Shown piece after piece: positions 58,229 through 64,000 of a DNA stretch of 64,000 nt. This DNA comes from Candidatus Sumerlaeia bacterium (lineage in GTDB: Bacteria > Sumerlaeota > Sumerlaeia > SLMS01 > JANRJK01), in the NCBI GenBank assembly GCA_033764015.1, contig JANRJK010000002.1:160001-224000 (forward strand), read 5' to 3'. The position numbers and the translations under genes are program-made. The notes beneath the pieces were generated by a model. That model made no database searches, was not told the origin of the DNA, and saw only the letters and a list, made by a program, of their open reading frames with translations. Position 1 is the first letter of the stretch. Each line of letters begins with the position of its first letter.

Positions 58229-58317
58229 TGTCTGACTGCCGTTGACCCCCCGCACGGGGCATACCTTGACTACGTCAGGTTGCTACAAACCTTCACCAAG
58301 GTTAAGGAGAGTCAGTC

Positions 58318-59928
58318 TTGAACGACTTCGTTAAGAAGTTCGCCCAAATGTCGCTGGTTTCGTCGGTCGCCGCGCTTGCGCTGACGGGCTGCGCCACCAA
58401 GGGCCAGCACAGTGATCTTTCGTTCCGCGTCGCGCAGCTCGAGGATTCGATGCGCACGGAGCGTCCCACCACCGTTATCCGCGAGTCGGGCGCGACGTAC
58501 CAGTCCCGCCTGCGCTCCGTCCCCGCGGACATGAACGGCGCCTTTATGGCGATCCCGACGGGCAGCGAGCAGTCCAGCGCTCTTCTGATCGAGAAGCACG
58601 TCCCGAAGGTCGTCAACGTCGGCCAGGAGTTCAGCTACGAGCTGTACGTCACGAACCTGACCGAGAACCTGAACCTGAAGGACATCGTCCTTGAAGACAC
58701 GCTCGACGGCAACTTCCGCTTCGCGAGCGCCACGCCCGCCCCGACCAGCTCGGGCGGCGGGATGCTGCGCTGGACCATGGCGAACCTCGCCCCGGGCCAG
58801 ACCGAGAAGGTCACCGTGAGCGGCACCGCCGGAGCCGAGGGCGAGTACGAGTTCTGCGCCACCGCCTCCTACACGCCGTACTTTTGCATCGGCCTCCTCG
58901 CCGAGCAGCCCGGCCTCGAAATCCGCAAGACCGGCCCCGCCTCGGTCCTCCTTTGCGACGAGATCGTCTACACGGTCGTCGTCACGAACCCGGGCACCGG
59001 CGCCACCACGAACGTCACCGTTTCGGACAGCCTGCCCGAGGGCGTGACCACGCTCGACGGCGCGCGCACCTACTCGGCCGAGATCCCGGTCCTGGCCTCC
59101 GGCGAGAGCCGCGAGTTCACGATCCGCGCCAAGGCCAACCGCACCGGCACCTTCACGAACACCGCCACGGCGGATGCTTCGGCGCAGGGCCTCACGGTCA
59201 GCTCGCAGAACGTGACCACCACCGTCACGCAGCCGCAGCTCGCCGTCTCCCTCGAGTGCTTCGACCGCATCTTCCTCGGGAACCCGCTGGAGTACTCGGT
59301 CACGGTCTCGAACAACGGCGACGCCGCCGCGGCGGACGTCGTCCTCGTCCAGAACCTCGCGAGCTGCACCACGTTCGAGAGCGCTTCGGACAACGGCTCG
59401 TTCTCCGGCGGCCAGGTCCGCTGGAGCCTCGGCACCCTGAACGCCGGCCAGTCGCGCACCGTCACGGTCCGCGCCCGCGGCGCCCAGATCTGCACCGCCG
59501 AGACCTCGGTCTACGCTGAGGGCGTCTGCGCCCCGCGCGTCGACGACGAGTGCGAGACGGAGATCCAGGGCATCCCGGCGATCCTGCTCGAAGTGATCGA
59601 CGTCGAAGACCCGGTCCGGGTCGGCGGCGAGACGGTCTACGTCATCACGGCCACGAACCAGGGTTCGGCGGTCGGCACCAACATCGCAATCACGGCGTCG
59701 GTGGAGAAGGCTTCCATCCTCGACGTGACGGGCGACACGAGCGGCTCGGTCTCCGGCATGAACGTCACGTTCTCGCCGCTGCCCTCGCTCGCTCCGAAGG
59801 CCGAAGCCACGTGGCGCATCCGCGTCCGTGCCGAGCAGGCCGGCGACGTCCGCTTCAAGGTGATCATGAACAGCGACCAGCTCTCCCGCACGGTCGAAGA
59901 AACCGAAGCGACGAACTTCTACGAGTAA
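58318..59928 (+). CDS. OmcB-like lipoprotein with tandem DUF11 Ig-like domains
   Basis: Lipobox LTGC; repeated K..P....G....Y...VTN.G.....NV.V.D.LP units; C-terminal DVEDPVRVGGETVYVITATNQGSA and ETEATNFYE resemble the chlamydial OmcB C-terminus; AAGGAG before the TTG start. Confidence 0.8.
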   Translation: MNDFVKKFAQMSLVSSVAALALTGCATKGQHSDLSFRVAQLEDSMRTERPTTVIRESGATYQSRLRSVPADMNGAFMAIPTGSEQSSALLIEKHVPKVVNVGQEFSYELYVTNLTENLNLKDIVLEDTLDGNFRFASATPAPTSSGGGMLRWTMANLAPGQTEKVTVSGTAGAEGEYEFCATASYTPYFCIGLLAEQPGLEIRKTGPASVLLCDEIVYTVVVTNPGTGATTNVTVSDSLPEGVTTLDGARTYSAEIPVLASGESREFTIRAKANRTGTFTNTATADASAQGLTVSSQNVTTTVTQPQLAVSLECFDRIFLGNPLEYSVTVSNNGDAAAADVVLVQNLASCTTFESASDNGSFSGGQVRWSLGTLNAGQSRTVTVRARGAQICTAETSVYAEGVCAPRVDDECETEIQGIPAILLEVIDVEDPVRVGGETVYVITATNQGSAVGTNIAITASVEKASILDVTGDTSGSVSGMNVTFSPLPSLAPKAEATWRIRVRAEQAGDVRFKVIMNSDQLSRTVEETEATNFYE

Positions 59929-59938
59929 GCCGCTTCAC

Positions 59939-59963
59939 GGAGGGGGGCCCAGCGCCCCCCTCC
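59939..59963 (+). terminator. Hairpin downstream of the OmcB-like gene
   Basis: GGAGGGGGGC-CCAGC-GCCCCCCTCC; no U-tract. Confidence 0.45.
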
Positions 59964-60033
59964 GCCTCCATCCAGTACCCGGACCGGCCCGCCTAGCGCG
60001 GGCCGGTTCCCATTTTCTAAGGTTCCGCGCACC

Positions 60034-60561
60034 ATGGCGACATTCGCGATCTATATCGCCCAGAGCCTCGATGGTTTCATCGCCGCCGATGATGGCTCGG
60101 TCGAATGGCTCGATCACTTCAGCAGCTTCGACTACGGCTTCGACCAGTTCCTCGACGGCGTCGGCACACTGGTCATGGGGCGCCGCACCTACGACCAGAT
60201 CCTCACCTTCGGCGAGTGGCCCTACGGCCAACACCCGGCGGTCGTCGTCACCTCGAAACCATTGCATGCGATGCCCGGCGCGAACGTCCGCGCCCATCAC
60301 GGCGACCTCAAGGAATTGGTCGCCAGCCTATCCGCACGGGACGAACTGGTCTGGATCGTCGGCGGGGCGGAGCTGATCGCCGGCATGATCGCGGCGGGCG
60401 CCGCGCCCCGGCTCGAACTCCACATCATGCCGATCCTCATGGGCTCGGGCGTCCCGCTCTGGAAGCCCCACGCCACGCGCGGACGCTACCGCCTGGTGCG
60501 GAAGTCCGCCTACGACAACGGCGTCGTGTCGCTCAACTATGTGCCGATGGAGCAGCCTTAG
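60034..60561 (+). CDS. Dihydrofolate reductase family protein (RibD C-terminal-like)
   Basis: YIAQSLDGFIA, VMGRRTYDQ..WPY, WIVGGAELI, PILMGSGVPL. Confidence 0.9.
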   Translation: MATFAIYIAQSLDGFIAADDGSVEWLDHFSSFDYGFDQFLDGVGTLVMGRRTYDQILTFGEWPYGQHPAVVVTSKPLHAMPGANVRAHHGDLKELVASLSARDELVWIVGGAELIAGMIAAGAAPRLELHIMPILMGSGVPLWKPHATRGRYRLVRKSAYDNGVVSLNYVPMEQP

Positions 60562-60570
60562 CCGACGGCG

Positions 60571-61035
60571 CTAGCTGCGCCCCGTGGAACCGAAGCCGCC
60601 GGCGCCGCGGGCTGTCGCGGGCAGGTCAGCCTCCGGCGTGACGCGCCACTCGGCGCGGACCACTGGCGCCAGCACCGCCTGCGCGATCCGGTCCCCGCGG
60701 CGCACCGTGAAGGGCTCCGGGCCGAAGTTCATCACGACCACCATTAGCTCGCCCCGATAGTCGCTGTCGATGGTGCCCGGCGAATTGAGCAGGCCGATCC
60801 GGTGCCGCGCGGCGAGGCCACTGCGCGGGCGGATCTGCAGCTCGTAGCCGTCGGGGATCGCGAACACCAGACCGGTCGGCACCAGCGCGAGGGCGCCCGG
60901 GCCGATCACCAACGGCTCCGCGACCGCCGCGAGCAGGTCCGCCCCCGCCGCGCCCGCGGTTTGGTAAGCGGGCAGTGGAAGGCCCTCGCCATGCGGCAGC
61001 AACGCGATCGGAACGGGAACGGGGGAGCTGCTCAA
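60571..61035 (-). CDS. dut: dUTP diphosphatase
   Basis: [45 protein letters not shown]; start (TTG 61035) uncertain. Confidence 0.96.
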   Translation of the reverse strand: MSSSPVPVPIALLPHGEGLPLPAYQTAGAAGADLLAAVAEPLVIGPGALALVPTGLVFAIPDGYELQIRPRSGLAARHRIGLLNSPGTIDSDYRGELMVVVMNFGPEPFTVRRGDRIAQAVLAPVVRAEWRVTPEADLPATARGAGGFGSTGRS

Positions 61036-61118
61036 GGGGGGCCTCGCAGGCGCGGGATCTTTGGCCGTTGCGTCGCGCGCGGCGCGTCCTCCACAACGGT
61101 GCCGACAGGAGGAGCGCC

Positions 61119-61556
61119 ATGGCCGACTCGCCCGCAAGCCAAGACTCCATCGCCCAGCTCGGGGTCTCGTCCGACATCCCACCCAAGCCGCTGTGCTGGA
61201 TCGAGATTCCGGTCAGCGACGTGCGCGCCGCCGCGCACCGCTTGAACGCTTTGTTCGGCTGGACCGTGCGCGAGCCGCACACCTCCGCCTTCGCCTTGAT
61301 GATGACGGGCAACCACGAGCCCGTCGGCCTTTCCCTCGTGCTCCGCGAGACCGCGGAAGGGGGCAACGACGAGCCCATGACCACGCTGGTGGGCGTCAAC
61401 ATCGGCGTGGACACGATCGAGGAAGTCTACGCGGGCGCCCTTTCGACCGGGTTCATGCCGGTCGAGCCGCCCCACGCGGTGCCGCAGGCGGGCCACGGCA
61501 TGCGCGCCGTGATCCGCGACCCGGACGGCAACCTGTTCGGGCTTTGGCGCGACTGA
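61119..61556 (+). CDS. VOC/glyoxalase family protein
   Basis: [30 protein letters not shown] before ATG 61119. Confidence 0.85.
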   Translation: MADSPASQDSIAQLGVSSDIPPKPLCWIEIPVSDVRAAAHRLNALFGWTVREPHTSAFALMMTGNHEPVGLSLVLRETAEGGNDEPMTTLVGVNIGVDTIEEVYAGALSTGFMPVEPPHAVPQAGHGMRAVIRDPDGNLFGLWRD

Positions 61557-61574
61557 AGGAAACGGCCGGGCGAC

Positions 61575-62288
61575 ATGATGGAAGCGATCGAAGAGGGCAC
61601 TCTGGCAGGGCCGCGGCGCGTCGGACTCCCCGCCGTTGTCGCCATTGACGGCGTCGCCGGCGTCGGCAAGACCGCCGTGGCGAAGGCCCTCGCGGAGCGC
61701 CTCGGCTGGCGGCACCTCGATACCGGCGCCATGTACCGCTACATCACCTGGCGCGTTCGCGAGGCCGGCCTGGATCCCGCCGACACCGAAGCAGTCGCCG
61801 AACTGGCCCGCGGCGTCCACTTCGCGTGGCGCGCCGATGGCGGCCTCGATGCGGACGGCGTGGAACTGCCCGGCGAGATCCGGTCGCAGGAAGTGACGCG
61901 CCTCGTCGCGGCGGTCGCCGACAACCAGCGCGTGCGCTCGCACCTCGTCCGCGAGCAGCGCCGCCTCGGCGAGGAAAGTCCCTGCGTGATCGAGGGCCGC
62001 GACATCGCCACGGTCGTCTTCACCGATTCGCCCTTCAAGTTCTTCCTCGACGCGGACCCCTCGGAACGCGCGTCGCGTCGGCTAGGGCAGCTTCACCGGC
62101 AGGGGCACGAGGCGGAGTTCGACCGCGTGCTCGCCGATGTGATGGAGCGCGACGCCCGCGACCGCGCGCGCCCCGTGGGCGGCATGCGGCCCGCCGACGA
62201 CGCGGTGCACCTCGACACCACGAGCATGGGAAAGCAGCAAGTCGTCGAGTGGCTCGCGCGGCGGGTGCTGTCGCCGGAGGCGCCGTGA
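61575..62288 (+). CDS. cmk: Cytidylate kinase
   Basis: AIDGVAGVGKT, LDTGAMYR, EGRDIATVVF, ERDARD..R, DTT. Confidence 0.95.
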   Translation: MMEAIEEGTLAGPRRVGLPAVVAIDGVAGVGKTAVAKALAERLGWRHLDTGAMYRYITWRVREAGLDPADTEAVAELARGVHFAWRADGGLDADGVELPGEIRSQEVTRLVAAVADNQRVRSHLVREQRRLGEESPCVIEGRDIATVVFTDSPFKFFLDADPSERASRRLGQLHRQGHEAEFDRVLADVMERDARDRARPVGGMRPADDAVHLDTTSMGKQQVVEWLARRVLSPEAP

Positions 62289-62998
62289 GCGGATCGCCCG
62301 CGGAAGCGCCCCGCGAGGAACTGGGCGCGCGCACGCTCGACTACGACAAGCTCCGCAACGACGTCCTCCGGCCGCCGGTGGACTTCAGGGTCGTCCGCTC
62401 GCTGAGCCATTGGATCATCTTCCTCCTCCTCCTCGTCTACTTCCGCGTCTCCGTGCGCGGCTGGTGGAACCACCCCGCGAAGGGTCCCGTGCTCGTCACG
62501 GTGAACCACGTCTCGAACCTCGATCCGTTCGTGGTGGCCGGGCTGGTGCGCCGCTATCCGCGGGTGATGTGCAAGGAGTCGCTGCTGCACATCCCGGTGC
62601 TCGGCTACTGGTGCCGCGCCGTCGGCGGCTTCCCCGTGCGGCGGGGCATGGCGGACCGCTGGGCGGTGCGCATGGCGCAGGAGGTCCTGGAGGCGGGCGT
62701 CCCCTTCCTGATCTTCCCCGAGGGCACTCGCTCGCGCGACGGCAAGCCGCAGGAAGCGCAGCCCGGCGCGGCGATGATCGCCGTGAACGCGCCCGCCGAC
62801 ACATGGATCCTTCCGGTGCGCATCGAGGGCACCTACGCGGCGATGCCGCCCGGCGCCCGCTTCCCGATGCCCCGGAAGGTGCGCGTTTTCTACGGAAAGC
62901 CTTGGAAAGTTGCCGATCTAGGCGAGGCGCCCCAAGAAAAAAAAGCGTTGTATCGCGCCGTGGCGGGCGAAATGATGAAGAGGATCGCGGCGGCGTAG
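62285..62998 (+). CDS. plsC: 1-acyl-sn-glycerol-3-phosphate acyltransferase
   Basis: NHVSNLD, FPVRR, FPEGTRS; GTGA overlap with cmk. Confidence 0.9.
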   Translation: MSGSPAEAPREELGARTLDYDKLRNDVLRPPVDFRVVRSLSHWIIFLLLLVYFRVSVRGWWNHPAKGPVLVTVNHVSNLDPFVVAGLVRRYPRVMCKESLLHIPVLGYWCRAVGGFPVRRGMADRWAVRMAQEVLEAGVPFLIFPEGTRSRDGKPQEAQPGAAMIAVNAPADTWILPVRIEGTYAAMPPGARFPMPRKVRVFYGKPWKVADLGEAPQEKKALYRAVAGEMMKRIAAA

Positions 62999-63163
62999 CG
63001 CACGCCTCCGCAAGCCCGGCGCAACCCATCGCGGAGCGGTGCTCCAACTCCGGCCCAGCCATCGCCCGGAGTTTTCGGAACACCCGCCACCGGATGACAC
63101 TCCGCTCCGAACGCTGGCACCAAGTCCAGCACGAAACCACGGTCCAATGGACGTCCAGAACCG

Positions 63164-64000
63164 ATGAGCAGCGAAGCTAACCTCAACGACCACAACAACT
63201 CCGAACTCGAGCAGGAAATGGCGGAGTTCGACAAGTACATGGATCAGGCCTTGGCCGCGGACGCGGGCATGTCCGGCGGGGCCCTCCTAGAGGTGACGGT
63301 TGTTGAAATCCTCGAGGACCGCGTCCTCGTCGATACCGGCGGCAAGGCGGAAGCCCATATCGCGCTGGATGAGTTCGTCAAGGTCGGCGACCAGTACCAG
63401 GTTGCCGTCGGCGACAAGATTTCCGTGGTGCGCGTCCGCCAGACCGCCGACGGCCCCGTTTACAGCCACCGCGAGGCCCGCGCCCGCGCGGCGCAGGACG
63501 CCGTCGCCGAGGCGCACAAGGACAAGAAGCCGCTCAAGGGCCTCGTCACTGGCGTGGTCAAGGGCGGCCTCACGGTCGACATCGGCGTCGGCGCCTTCAT
63601 GCCCGCCAGCCAAGTGGACCTCTTCAAGATTCCCGACCTCAACACGCTCGTCGGCCAGGAGATCGAAGCCTACGTCATCGAGTTCGATCCGCGCCGCCGG
63701 CGCGCCGTTCTTTCGCGCCGCCAGCTGCTCTTCGAGCAGCGCGAGTCCGAGCGCCGCGAGGCCCTCGGCAAGCTCGAAGTCGGCTCGCGCGTCCGCGGCC
63801 GGGTGAAGAGCGCCCTCGAATTCGGCGCCTTCCTCGACCTCGGCGGCGTCGACGGCTTCATCCCCCGCGAGGAAGTGTCCTACGACCGCGGCACGCCGCC
63901 CTCGCGCATCCTCAAGGCGGGCGAGGAAGTCGAAGTCGTCATCGCCAAGGTGGACCCGGAGACGGGAAAGATCACCCTTTCGCGCAAGCGCGCCCTCGCC
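63164..64000 (+). CDS. rpsA: 30S ribosomal protein S1, partial (runs off the window end)
   Basis: Manual translation MSSEANLNDHNNSELEQEMAEFDKY..VLVDTGGKAEAHI..KGGLTVDIG.GAFMPASQVD..FGAFLDLGGVDGFI; conserved cmk-plsC-rpsA context. Confidence 0.93.
   Translation, partial: MSSEANLNDHNNSELEQEMAEFDKYMDQALAADAGMSGGALLEVTVVEILEDRVLVDTGGKAEAHIALDEFVKVGDQYQVAVGDKISVVRVRQTADGPVYSHREARARAAQDAVAEAHKDKKPLKGLVTGVVKGGLTVDIGVGAFMPASQVDLFKIPDLNTLVGQEIEAYVIEFDPRRRRAVLSRRQLLFEQRESERREALGKLEVGSRVRGRVKSALEFGAFLDLGGVDGFIPREEVSYDRGTPPSRILKAGEEVEVVIAKVDPETGKITLSRKRALA

Overview
A very GC-rich (roughly 70% by eye), densely coding stretch of core chromosome from a diderm, LPS-producing bacterium (waaA, lgt, a TolC-type channel). 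An OmcB-like DUF11 protein and many GT-C membrane proteins suggest a PVC-adjacent lineage such as Sumerlaeota or Planctomycetota; this is inference only. The window holds about 45 CDSs and two tRNAs (Gln-CTG, Glu-CTC). Housekeeping genes include malQ, pepA, iscS-like, argH, fahA, rsmB, pssA, psd, recQ, clpS, trpC, trpD, nadB, lgt, rimO, eno, lemA, waaA, dut, cmk, plsC and a partial rpsA. Two real genes run off the window edges and are missing from the ORF track: a minus-strand secreted HYR-repeat protein (<1..2343) and rpsA (63164..>64000). I found no CRISPR array, transposase, integrase, prophage or defence operon, and no clear self-contained novel system. The best leads concern the cell envelope: (1) an ArnT-type glycosyltransferase fused to a complete purple-acid-phosphatase domain, upstream of psd-pssA; (2) five different GT-C-type membrane proteins in about 37 kb; (3) a Wzt with an extra C-terminal domain plus a coiled-coil methyltransferase, with no wzm, translationally coupled to trpDC; (4) an OmcB-like lipoprotein behind a palindrome-rich leader; (5) an HtpX protease carrying a GYF-like segment and two Zn ribbons; (6) a divergent ArgH / GT-C / ATP-grasp / FahA run. 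Family assignments come from motif recognition by eye, not from database searches.
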